Source: Azolla caroliniana (taxonomy: Eukaryota > Plantae > Polypodiophyta). From it: a stretch of DNA of 64,000 nt. Positions 39,156-51,496 of this stretch are shown piece by piece (positions within the stretch are counted from its first letter, which is position 1; each line of letters begins with the position of its first letter). Position numbers and translations under genes: made by a program. The notes below the pieces were generated by a model. It ran no database searches, was not told the DNA's origin, and saw nothing but the letters and a program-made list of their open reading frames with translations. The stretch is taken from the NCBI GenBank assembly GCA_043228905.1, contig JBHGNT010000003.1, positions 3,472,001 to 3,536,000 of the forward strand. Direction: 5' to 3'.

Positions 39156-42100
39156 TTACCACACTAAGTATGGTAGAAGCAAACATCCTGCGAGAGTGTT
39201 GACACGCCAAAATAAATATATCGTTGCTACTATTGCTGTCCAAAGCAATAATATCTCCACCAATGCAAGATTCTGAAATTCCAATAAATTTCTAAATGCC
39301 AAACCAAAACAATAGCAAATTCGATATATTGCAAACCGAAACAATAAATTTCTACTCGTTTTTATGCAAATTCGATATATTGCATATAATTCATATTACG
39401 TCCATTTAATATATGAAAGGTAGACAGAAAGAAAAAAAGAGGCTATATTAGCAAAAATGGCCTGTAAGACCGAACGAAAGATTACATCTTTGAGGATGGC
39501 AAACCAAAACAAGTATAATAACGTGAACATAAAAACATACCACGTCATGAAGCCCGAAAAATATTGGAGTCCATAGGAAATTCAGGAGTAGCTGTAGTAG
39601 CAACACAAACAAATAAAATCTCAAGCACAATTTCGACCAAGTTTAACACACCTACTTTTTGCAATGGGGGTAATCTTAATGTCAACCTGAAAGGTGTATA
39701 CACCAAGTGGAATCTTCTGCCCTTTAAAACCTGTGCCAATCATACATAGATTTATCAATGAATACAAGAATTTCTCCCAAATTCTTGATTTCTTTAACTA
39801 TCAAAAGTATATGAAATATTTAAAATACAGAAGCACCAATCACAACCTTCTCTAATTAGCAAAATATAAATGCTATATGTCGTTCTGACATCAATCAAAG
39901 TTCCTTGATATTTGAATTGCATTTTCTTTTTAAACAGGTCAATCGAAATAACTGGCAAATGCATTATTATATTTATCTAAATTTAACCAAACAATTAGAA
40001 ATACATGGTAAAAACCAAAGTCTAACAGACATGACAGTCTCCTAGAGCAGATGCTTATCCTTAAAAACATTTATAAACGAATGGGAAATAGGAGACAATG
40101 CTGTGACGCATTGCAGCTTTGGATTACACCTAAAAGGATCTCCTGTATATAACTACTTATCTTCCTATATCTTTGAGATAGGCATAAGTTTTTTTCCTTT
40201 CCAGTAAGACACCAGTAAGGATTTATATCATTGTATATACCATTTGCATCTCATTGGGCACATTGCACAGTTAATAAAACTCTATTTCTACCTATATCTT
40301 TGTTTCTAAACAGTAATCTCAAACATCCAAAGATGTTGCATCAGTTGCAAATGTCACTTTGGAGCCTGATATGTGGCATATAATGTAGCACTAGAGAATA
40401 TTGAGGTTCCATAGGACATGTATGCAATGGGGATTTTGTATGTTAATTAATGAAGAGTGTGTGTGTATGCATGTGTGTGTAAGGTTGGGAGGACACCACA
40501 CTTCTTCCTTTCCATAAAGAAACAAGAAGATCATGAGCAACCACAACAACATGAATCTTTACATGATACCTCTTCGCAAAGTTCAGGTTAGCCCCACCAC
40601 TCCTCCATAGAAACACTATCAAGCACACTTCATTACTGTCATCAAGTCAGCTAGAGGCAGACCGTTTATGAAACACAACTTCATCATGAAGTACAGGTCA
40701 ACCTCCTTGAACGATCTAAAGGGTGTTGCTACCAAGTCAACCACACCACCCTAAAAAGGGTGGAGGGAGAACTACATGAACCCTTTGCCCCGAATATGCC
40801 CAAACAAGCCAAGCCACACAACAATTTCAAGCACGGGAGTTTAGGCCCACCAAACACAGTGAGTTGCACCAACAATTTCAGGTTATATCCAGGGAATGCT
40901 CAATCAGTCCCATGAGTACTACTATCGTTGTCACTGACTCACCAGGGCACCAATGCAGTAAACAAAAGAAACTTTCTCTGAAAAACAAGACAACCTTTTA
41001 CTGTGTAATCTCTTGTGTGGTCTCATTGGCTATTTTGGCATGATGATGATGACTTATTTTTTATTGATGTTAAAAAACTAACCTCCATGAAGCCAAACAA
41101 ACCAGGAAGAGACACCCATCAGAATATATAGAATGCTCCAAACGATAGGAAATGCCCATCCCTTCAAATCATTAAAACATCTTCAAAAAGGTTAAAAGTT
41201 GAAGCAAGTAAATCATAAGTAGGAAAAAGGTTGCCTAAATATGCTTATGTTTTCACAGGTTAAAAACATATGCTTGCTTACTTGCGAATCTACCCATATA
41301 TATGAAGGTTAAAGTAGAGTTCCTTATTACAAGTTAATTTGATAGGAGAACATTATATACTAAGGAGCTATATTAACTAGCAGGTCCTGTGTTCATTAGA
41401 GTTACATGCATAATTAACGAAATTTAGAAGCAACATAGAGCACATGATATACTTAAAAAGTACACTTTAATTAGCTTACTTATCCTAACAGTTGAGGATA
41501 ATTTCCAAAACATAAAATTGCATATTTATCTCAAGTCACTTTTATTTATATTGAATAATTAATCTAAACCACCTCTTGTTCATTAGAGTTACATGCATAA
41601 TTAACGAAATTTAGAAGCAACATAGAGCACATGATATACTTAAAAAGTACACTTTAATTATCTTATTTATCCTAAATAATCACAGTTGAGGATAATTTCT
41701 AAAACATAAAATTGCATATTTATCTCAAGTCACTTTTATTTATATTGAATAATTAATCTAAACCACCTCTTGTTCATTAGAGTTATTTGCATAATTAACG
41801 AAATTTAGAAGCAACATAGAGCACATGATATACTTAAAAAGTACACTTTAATTATCTTACTTATCCTAAATAATCACAGTTGAGGATAATTTCTAAAACA
41901 TAAAATTGCATATTTATCTCAAGTCACTTTTATTTATATTGAATAATTAATCTAAACCACCTCTTGTTTTCCCTTTTCCTAAGTAATTAGTAAGTTAAGC
42001 TTATAAATCTTTCGCTTATTAGTGTAATGCCTACTTTCTAATTAGAGATAATATAACTAAACTACATCATTTTCCCCCAAATGAGCAGCTCTGATTAGAG

Positions 42101-42704
42101 AGAAATTTTGCCTCTTAACTTTGACCATTTACGCTAATAATAATAATGATTGTAAAAACCAATAATTAAACATCTAAAGATAGGTTTTCAGGCTAATTGT
42201 TCAAACAAATAAAACCACAAAAAAAATAAAATACCGGAGGAGTCCATGGAGGTGTATTGAGCTGCTCATACCAATCTGCATACAATATAAAAAAAGTTAT
42301 TTTAACGCAAATTATCTGTAAATTATTTTAACAGAGATTATCTGCATACCAATAATATCAGTCTTCCTTTAATTTTAGTCAATCTCCTTTCTAAATTTAA
42401 TACTACTTAATCCCCATATACATCTAAATTTTATTGGTTTCCTCTCTAAATTTTAGCTTGTTTCCTGCACAAAATGAGCTCAGATTTTGACAGAGATAAA
42501 CAAACACAAACACCTTCGGAAAAACAGTAACAGCTCCTCTTCCAAACTGAATGCAGTTCCTTTCTCAAGAAACATTAATATGATTTGGTCTATGCATGGA
42601 TACCTACCGCTCTCTCCAGCATTTCCAAACAGAGAAGCAAGGAATCCAACACACAGTGGGAAGGCAACAGCCACGAACAAGGCTAGGATAGGGATGACCT
42701 CCAT
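39156..42704 (-). CDS. TSPO: Translocator protein / TspO-MBR family; exons complement(42704..42608, 42275..42235, 41161..41083, 39730..39687, 39591..39541, 39272..39160); terminal exon unresolved
   Basis: Spliced product MEVIPILALFVAVAFPLCVGFLASLFGNAGES-DWYEQLNTPPWTPP-GWAFPIVWSILYILMGVSSWFVWLHG-GFKGQKIPLGVYTFQ-LLLNFLWTPIFFGLHDV-NLALVEILLLWTAIVATIYLFWRVNTLAGCLLLPYLVW. It has the TSPO signatures WY..L..P.W.PP, QL.LN..W.P.FFG and L.PYL.W. All five introns are GT-AG and in phase. Confidence 0.92.
41390..41969. repeat. Three near-identical tandem units of ~187-195 bp in TSPO intron 2
   Basis: Units start at 41390, 41577 and 41771 with tgttcattagagtta. Confidence 0.95.
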
Positions 42705-42774
42705 CTCGCACTCTCACTCACTCACTCTCTGTCTGTCTGTGTCTGTCTGTGTGTCTGTCTGAAAACAGACGAGC

Positions 42775-43030
42775 AGCATGATATACATATAAATATAGAT
42801 AATATGACATATGTATACATATGTATGTGTATATGTAGTGTATGTATGTATGTATATGTATATCTGTATGTGTATGTGTATATGTATATGTACATAGGTA
42901 TACCGTATATATGTCTATGTGTGTATTTATATTGTATCTGTATACGTGTGTATGTATATTGAATATGTATATGTATGTATGTATGCAAGTATGTATATGT
43001 GTGTAGATATATTGATATGTATATATTTAT
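42775..43030. repeat. (TA/TG)n compound microsatellite upstream of TSPO
   Basis: Directly visible low-complexity tract. Confidence 0.85.
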
Positions 43031-44480
43031 TTTTTAAAGAAGATATCATGTCGTTAGTATAAAACATTTTACAATATTTTAAACCTCTATGCGATCCAAG
43101 GGGGAAACAACAATTTCGGAGGCTAAAAATGCCAATAAGGAGTCTCGTAATTGGATGTCATGAATGGAGTAGTTGTCCAGATAATAAGAAACTCATGCCG
43201 TTGAGCAATTTTAGCCTCAGAATCCCCAACTATACCATCCCATTGACCCTTCAAAGTATGAACTATGTCTAACCAAATATTTGAAACCACTTTCAGCTGG
43301 TAGTGTTTTAAGTTGATGGAAAACGAGAGCGCACCGAGTCTTCCAGATGTGATATACAATGGTACTATTAGTAACACCCATACTAGCGGGACTTCCTTCT
43401 GTACTCCTGAAAATTGTAATGACAATAGTGGTAATGTATAAACACTTCCATATTTTGTGTAAAACCCATGGTCCATAGATTCGGTGTCATAATGGAACGC
43501 ATCACGGACAAGTGATGTCCAAACCACCATGCCCCAATGAAAACCAATGGGGGAAAATAATTAGCAAAAATTGTAAGGAGATGTTGCCATATCGATTGAG
43601 ACTCGATGCATTCCCATAAACAATGTTTTTCAGTTTCTGTTTGTAAATGATATCGAGTACAACCAAAAGATACTCTCATCCTATGCAACCATGTGCCAAC
43701 CGCAAGGCTCGGTGTACAACTAACCATTGTACATGCACTATTCTGTGTTAGTTGTTTTCTTGCCCATAAGATATCCTAGAATTTTGCAAGGAATTGGGGA
43801 GTAATACCTTGTTGATTCCAATATTGAGGTGCAGTCGGCAACACATCACATATATCTGAAAGTACATGTCTTCCCAACTGTACAAAATATTGGAAGAAAT
43901 TGAACTTGTTACCCGTGTAAGGATCTGTCCACTGATAATCAATTGGGTCCCAGTCTAATTTGAATAGTGGTTTTTAAGCTAACACCCACAACTTCCAATT
44001 GTGGTCTTATTTCCTCTATTAGTGGATCAATATACCATTTACGGTTGGCATATCCGAGGATCCTTATCTTGTGTTCAATAACATAGGCGTAATCTATCAC
44101 CATTTCCCCCGACTAAGACAATTGGTTTGTTTCATCCACCTTAAAAAACTGGTATGTCTTATCATCTGAATACCCTTTAACAGCCAAGAGTACTTCCAAT
44201 CTTGAAAAAACTCCAACCCATCTATGGTTAGAGTTATTGAGTGGTATGGAGAGTCTACTCATAACTTCCTGAATTTGTTGATACATTATTTGGTCGTCAT
44301 GCATATTACGTAGGATTTCTTTTTGCTCTTCCAATGACCGCGATAAAAATTCTTTCCAAGTCTGAACTGTTTTCGCAAGACCTTCTGTCATTTTCCCCCA
44401 CGATAGCCATTGTCTAGATCCCATCATTGAACCATCTGATGTTGTAAACAACGGGTTCCAGACTATCTTTTGGCTGAGAT
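43030..44480 (-). mobile_element. L1/Tx1-like LINE ORF2 3' part (host of the 15.8-kb LTR element)
   Basis: zf-RVT-like C..HLQTETEKHCLWEC..SQ.IW and KIVWNPLF motifs. The reading frame continues at 60302-60580. Confidence 0.8.
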
Positions 44481-45937
44481 TGTTATGTACACATAACGTA
44501 GGTGAGGGTAGGTCACTAATATTTACATAAGTGAAGGGTATGTTCACTAATGTTAAAAAGGGGACTAATGTGATTGGATAGAAGGAATGTTGGGTGCATG
44601 CACTATCATGATTTGGACAACCAATGAATGGAGAGCCTTTTAAAAAGGCACATCTATTCAAGGGGCCTAGGAAGAGGTATAAATATGAGGCTTAGCTAGC
44701 CTCATAAGCACATTACATCGAAAGGCTTAGCTACCCTCTTAGACACCGGCGGTGCGGGCTAGGCTTTCGTCTCGACGATTGTGTAATCTCTTCCCATGTA
44801 TTAGTCATCCTAATATCCGGCGGTATGGGACGTCAGTGGTAGGTTGGCTAAGTCTAGATCATAGCTCGGGGGTGGTCGGGTGGAAAGACTTATTCTATCC
44901 AATCTATTTTCCTTCTATTACTTTATTTTGGTCTATTGATTAGTAATAGACTCTTAATAGTGGTATCAGAGCATTTACTAACTATTTCTTTTTTTTGTTG
45001 TTTTGATGTTTTTTGTGTGTGAGCGATGGGGATCAAACAAGTCTCGTCGTGCTCTTCTCAGGATCAAAACAACATTCTAAACCCGATCTTTCTTTCTTTC
45101 TTCTTTTCTATGATGCTTTATTCTTGGTCGCAAGGAAATTGTATTACGTTTTCTTTTCTTTTCTTTCTTCTTTCTACAATGATATGATTTACAATCTTAT
45201 TGTGCATCGGGTTGAGCGTGTTTACACTAATTGCACACACTCTACTCATGGCCCTTTTGCATATTACAATGTATCTCCCACTCTCCCCTCTCTTATGCTA
45301 ATAATTATTCTTGTGCATTGGGTCGAGTGTGTTTGCCCTAATTGCACACGCCCACCTCATGGCCCTTTTGCATATGATGTTGAGTATGCCACTCTTCCCT
45401 TTATTGAGCCTTATTGATTATATGGGATGTTGTGGTCTTGACGATGTGTACGTCGACTACCTATGCCACTCTACTCTCTATCGAGCCATCACTTGGCCGA
45501 TTCTATGGGATGTTGTCGTCTTGACAAGGTGCATGTCAACTACTCTAGGGTTTCGTACCTTAGGGCATGCTTAACATTTCATACACCTAATTGATTATTG
45601 ATTATTATTCTACTTATTTTTTAATTACACAAGTTATCTTCCCGCTTTCTTAAGATTTTCTTGTGATTGTCATCTACCTACTCACACTTCACTCTCTCTT
45701 TTTATACCATTACTTTTCACTTTTAAGTATTTACGTGCGTTTACCTATGATATAACACTTCCATGTAAACTATTTTTTCGTATTGAGTGGGCATCATGCC
45801 GCTTTTTTAGATGATTTTTTCCAACGGGTCATCTAGGTTTAACTCATATTATCGAACCTTAGAACTCGAGTAAAACCACATGAGTTCCCCTATTGATGTT
45901 TTACTCATAGATTTGAGTACTGCATCTTTGCGCACAC

Positions 45938-46130
45938 TAGGGATCGGCAACGGTTCGATTTAGGCTTAGCTAGTTTGGCCGTATCCAAGGCAAATAGGTT
46001 AAGCCTAAACCGTTTTGGGATTCTCAAACTTGAACCAAACCAAACCAATCCTAAACCGGTTCCCAAACAGGTTTGGGAAACGGCTTGAAAACTAGCTTGT
46101 CAAACGGTTTGGAAACCTCCCTCTCTCTCT
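45938..46130. mobile_element. One end of a family A hAT MITE
   Basis: tagggatcggcaacgg TIR, truncated at a CT tract. Confidence 0.8.
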
Positions 46131-46139
46131 GCCTTGGGC

Positions 46140-47475
46140 TCCAGGACTACCATCTTTCATGTGGACGCAATTAGAGAGACCATTGGTGATGATGTTATCA
46201 CGCCAACTCCGACGCAAATCGTCGGTCCCACATGACATTATTAGGGCTGAGTTCACTCTACCCCCTATGTTAGTAGAAGCACTTTTTCAACTTGTAGTCT
46301 TTATCCACAAGATACATAACCAACCACTTGATAGAATATCCCATCAAGCCTTTAAGTCTTTGCGAGCACTGTATGAGTCCGGCTATACTAGCTCATGGTA
46401 TGACATGATGGTGAGTTGGCTTCTAGCCAACGGTCTAGACATTAATAACCTTCCCCCCCTTAAGTACGACCACACGACTGATAACACTTCAATCTCTCAT
46501 GAGGACCGTAATAAAGTAATACGCCAAGAAATATGGCAAATTTATACTCGGTATAAATGAATCACCCCACTAGAGCCACTCCCATCTAAAATGTCGTACT
46601 ATAAGGAACACTTTATGCACTTCTCTAAGTTAGGTTTTATTACGCGACCAAGATATCTAGATGTATTCTTACCACATGCACTAAGGGTTGCCATTGGTCA
46701 ACTTAGAATATCATCTCACCAACTTGAGATTGAGAATGGACGTACTAATGGTGTCCCTAGGGAGGAAAGGATGTGTAGGTTATGCCACATAGAGATAGAG
46801 GATGAGTACCATTTTACATGCAAATGCCCCACTTATGCTGAGATAAGGGCAAAATACCAAGACATACTTAGTTCCTCTCCCACCCTCCCTAAACTATTAG
46901 ATACACTAGATATAAAGAAATTAGGTAGATACATCTTAGAATTGAAACAACACAGAGAGAATAAGTTACAAAACGTTGATAATAATGTTGCTAATGTTTA
47001 CCAACATGTAACAAATGAAGTTTTTCAGGAACAGGGGGAGACAATGAATATCGACACACCTACAGCACTCGGGCTTTTCCTTGATGAAAGCAGAAAATCA
47101 AAGAAGAACCAAACGCCCTTGGATGCCGGGTTTCAAAGCAACTCGACGAGATGTAGAAGAAATAAAGAAAATAAGGGAACGTGAACTACACCGCCTAGAA
47201 GCCATGGCTAGGGCACTCTATACACCGGGACCATGGGTCACACCCACACCAAAAACTTTTGACCTCCCACTTCTTTTTGAGAGTCTTGGATGGAAATGAG
47301 ATTAGGCTTAGTGCAAAGTTTTGTACACCACTAGAACTCTCTTAGCTAAAGCTATTTTCTTTTATTTTAGTTTTGATGATTGGATAAACACTCATTTTTG
47401 TTGTAAACCAATTGTCTCATGGGCCAAATTTTGGCCTTAGAAGACGTTAATATATCTTTCTTTCTTTCTTTCTTT
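46140..47475 (+). mobile_element. 5'-truncated non-LTR retrotransposon 3' end (RTEX-like), with a (TTTC)n tail
   Basis: IGQLRISSHQLEIENGR...PREERMCRLC..EIEDEYHF..KCPTY..IR C-terminal CCHC domain. In-frame stop at 46558-46560. Confidence 0.75.
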
Positions 47476-47519
47476 CTCTCTCTCTCTCTCTCCCTCTCTC
47501 CCTCTCTCTCTCTCTCTCT

Positions 47520-49964
47520 TTTCGTAAATAATGGCTTTCATTACGAAAGAAAAAACACCACCGTGACTAACTTACAACAAACTATAGAACCCCTTCTATC
47601 TAGGGATCTAAAGAAAACTATGACACCAAACTCAATGCCACCCTACACACCAATTCAAATGGAGAATATGATCATATGTGACCTTGCAAAGTTCTCTCTC
47701 TTCCTGGTTGAGATTTCGTGACTTCTCTAGCATTGTCAATTGCCACAAAAGAAGTCCTTTTAACTTTAGAACATATTTTCTCACCCCCACTTGCGAATAA
47801 AAAATGAAGGCATTTCACATATTCCAACTGAACCATAGCCCCCAATACCTCAAGAACTCAAAAATAATTTGAGAATGAGGCATTGGTTCATTGTTCTCCA
47901 TATGTGCAAAAACCCAATTGAAGAAAGATAGACATACTCCAATTAGAGACATCCACACTAAATTGATACACCTCCAAACCATCCTTGCCATCGGGCATGA
48001 AATAAATCAATGCCTACTATGTTCCAATTCTACCGAACAAAAGAAACACAATCCTTTAGTAATGTTTCTTTTTTTTAATGCATCCCCCAATGGTAAAGCT
48101 CCAATCATAACTCTCCAAACAAATACCTTGGCTCGTAGCATTAATCGAGAACACCAACCTGCCTTGATCACATGAAACCACCAAGTAATGGGCTTATGAA
48201 ACCCCCATATCTTTATAACCGTTCCTTCTAACCACTTATGTTTGTTAATCAACGTGTGATAAGCAACCTTCGGTGATCATAGTCAATCTCTTATTTCCAA
48301 CAAACCTCCAATCAAGCTCTTGAGCTCGCCCATCTAAATCAGGAATTGGCTCATAAGAAGATAGTATTTGTTGCAACTTATCCCGAATAAAGGTATAACC
48401 TTTTGGAATACGAAATGTTGATTTGATTGTTCGAAATGCCATTAATCTTCTTTGTGACACCAACATAACATCCTTAATTGTTGCCAAACCCAACCTAGCC
48501 ATCTGATTAAATTGAAGGTTAAAAATTTGCTTACCTTCCCACTTCAACAACCTTGATGTTGCCAAAACCTCCATTTGTGATGAATTGGCACATCCCCTTT
48601 CTTGTGGGGGATGCCATTCCACAAAATCCAACATACTTTGCCATGATGTCAACAAATGATCAACTATCATAGACAATGTACATTTGACATCCCTATCAGA
48701 ATTAATTACATTTCACCAATTTGCTTCAACCTTCATGTTTCCAAGCTTTATTCCGTTCTTCTCTATAAAGTATGCCACCATTTCTGTCCAAAGTTGTACA
48801 CCTTAAAACATAAATCGAATGAAAGTAAATCAGCGAGCCACCATATGCTCATATAGATTTAATATTGATGCCCTGCCAAGATGCTTCAGTGTACAAACAT
48901 GATCCCATGCCAACCACGACAAGGCACTTTTCCCTTTTCTTTTCCATAACAACATTCACATCGAGTGTGTTAATATTTTAAGAGTTTTCTTTGACCATGG
49001 GAGCAAAGGAAGATAATAAGATACCATAGAGACCATAATCGATTGGACCACCTTAAGTCGTACAAGAAAAGGCCAAAATTAAGACCTCCAATACATAAAC
49101 TTATCCTCCAACCTTTTGGACACCCACTCAATAAGTTTCACATGAGAAACTTCCACCCCAATTGGATATCCAAGGTGACGAAAAATCATACCACGATGTA
49201 CTATCCTTCCTTACCACCCCAACCCCAACACATCTTGTTTTGTACATGAAATGAGGACAGATTTATGTATATTAATTGTCAACCCTGAAGCATTTGAAAA
49301 CAATTCCCATACATCTCTTGTCTTACTAATATTTTCCCGAATAGGTGCCAAAAACATAATATGGTCATCTGCTAGAGCTTGAACAATACATGGCTTCCCT
49401 AATGGCAACCTTAGTCCAAGCAATTCTTCCTCCATGGCCATATTGTGTAACTTAACAAGAATAGGATGTGTCACAATAGTGAATAGTAAAGGACTTACCG
49501 GGCATCCTTGTCTAACTGACCTCCGAATAGAAATCAGTTGTGTTACTCCTCCATTAAACATCACATGTGAAACCGAACCCTCCCCTAATGTGTATATCAA
49601 CTTAGACATACGATCACCAAAACCCATATGAGACATCAATTGATTTATAAACGACCAATCCAGATTATCATAGGCTTTCTCGATATCCAATTGTAGCAAC
49701 ACCAATTCTTGCTTCGAATCCTTTGCATAGTCAATTGCCATTTGAACATTTAAAATATTATGTAAAATGTCTCTTTTTGCTAAAAACTCATATTGAGCAT
49801 TATGAATAATAGAAGGTAAAACCTTATGCAACCTATTGGCTATCACTTTTGCAAAAATCTTGTACATTCCCCCCATCAATGAAATAGGCCTCCATTGAGC
49901 AAAGGAAGATGGAGAAGGCACCTTTGGCAAAAGTTTTATCAAACCAATCTTCCAACAATGAGGC

Positions 49965-49966
<2 letters not shown>
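47520..49966 (-). mobile_element. L1/Tx1-like LINE copy A, 5'-truncated within RT
   Basis: WRPISLM, QLDIEKAYD, VRQGCPVSP, LADD and zf-RVT CFFC..ELEHSRH motifs. Bounded by (CT)n on both sides. Confidence 0.9.

Positions 49967-50046
<80 letters not shown>
49967..50046. repeat. (CT)~40 microsatellite
   Basis: Pure CT tract between the two LINE copies. Confidence 0.95.
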
Positions 50047-50049
<3 letters not shown>

Positions 50050-51496
50050 GTAAATAATGGCTTTCATTACGAAAGGAAAAACACCACCATGACTAACTTA
50101 CAACAAACTATAGAACCCCTTCTATCTAGGGATCTAAAGAAAACTATGACACCAAACTCAATGCCACCCTACACACCAATTCAAATGGCAAATATGATCA
50201 TATGTGACCTTGCAGAGTTCTCTCTCTTCCTGGTTGAGATTTTGTGACTTCTCTAGCACTGTCAATTGCCACAAAAGAAGTCCTTTTAACTTTAGAACAT
50301 ATTTTCTCACCCCAACTTGCGAATAAAAAATGAAGGCATTTCACATATTCCAATTGAACCATAGCCCCCAATACCTCAAGAACTCAAAAATAATTTGAAA
50401 ATGAGGCATCGGTTCATTGTTCTCCATATGTGCAAAAACCTAACTAAAGGAAGATAGACTTACTCATGTTAGAGACATCCACACTAAACTGATACACCTC
50501 CAAACCATCCTTGCCATCAGGCATGAAATAAATCGATGCCTACTATGTTCCAATTCTACCGAACAAAAGAAACACAATCCTTTAGTAATGTTTCTTTTTT
50601 TTAATGCATCCCCTAATGGTAAAGCTCCAACCATAACTCTCCAAATAAATACCTTGGCTCGTAGCATTAATCAAGAACACCAACCTGCCTTGATCACATG
50701 AAACCACCAAGTAATGGGCTTATGAAAACCCAATATCTTTATAACCCTTTCTTCCAACCACTTATGTTTGTCAATCAACTTGTGATAAGCAACATTCGTT
50801 GAGATCATAGTCAATCTCTTATTTCCAACAAACCTCCAATCAAGCTCTTGAGCTCGCCCATCTAAATCAGGAATTGGCTCATAAGAAGATAGTATTTGTT
50901 GCAACTTATCCCGAATAAAGTTATAACCTTTTGGAATACGAAATGTTGAACTTATTGTTCGAAAAGCCATTAATCTTCTTTGTGAAACCAACATAGCATC
51001 CTTAACTGTTACCAAACCCAATCTAGCCATCCGATTAAATTGAAGGTTAAGAATTTGGTTACCTTCCCACCTCAACAACCTTGATGTTGCCAAAACCTCC
51101 ATTTGTAATGAATTGGCACATCCCCTTTCTTGAGGGGGATGCCATTCCAAAAAATCCAACATACTTTGCCAAGACGTCAACAAATGATTAACAATCATAG
51201 ACCCTGTACATTTGACATCCTTATCATAATTAATTACATTCCACCAATTCGCTTCAACCTTCATGTTTCCAAGCTTTATTCTGTTCTTCTCTATAAAGTA
51301 TGCCACCATTTCTGTCCAAGGGTGTACACCTTCAAACATGAATCGAATGAAAGTAAATCGACGAGCCACCATATGCTCATATAGATTCAATATTGATGCC
51401 CCACCAAGACGCTTCGAAGTACAAATGTGATCCCATGCCAACCATGACAAGGCACTTTTCCCTTTTCTTTTCCATAACAACATTCACATCGAGCGT

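Noticed and set aside
40780-40835. Alternative TSPO exon (minus-strand CVAWLVWA)
   Set aside because: No suitable splice sites or extended similarity; the true exon 3 is at 41161-41083.
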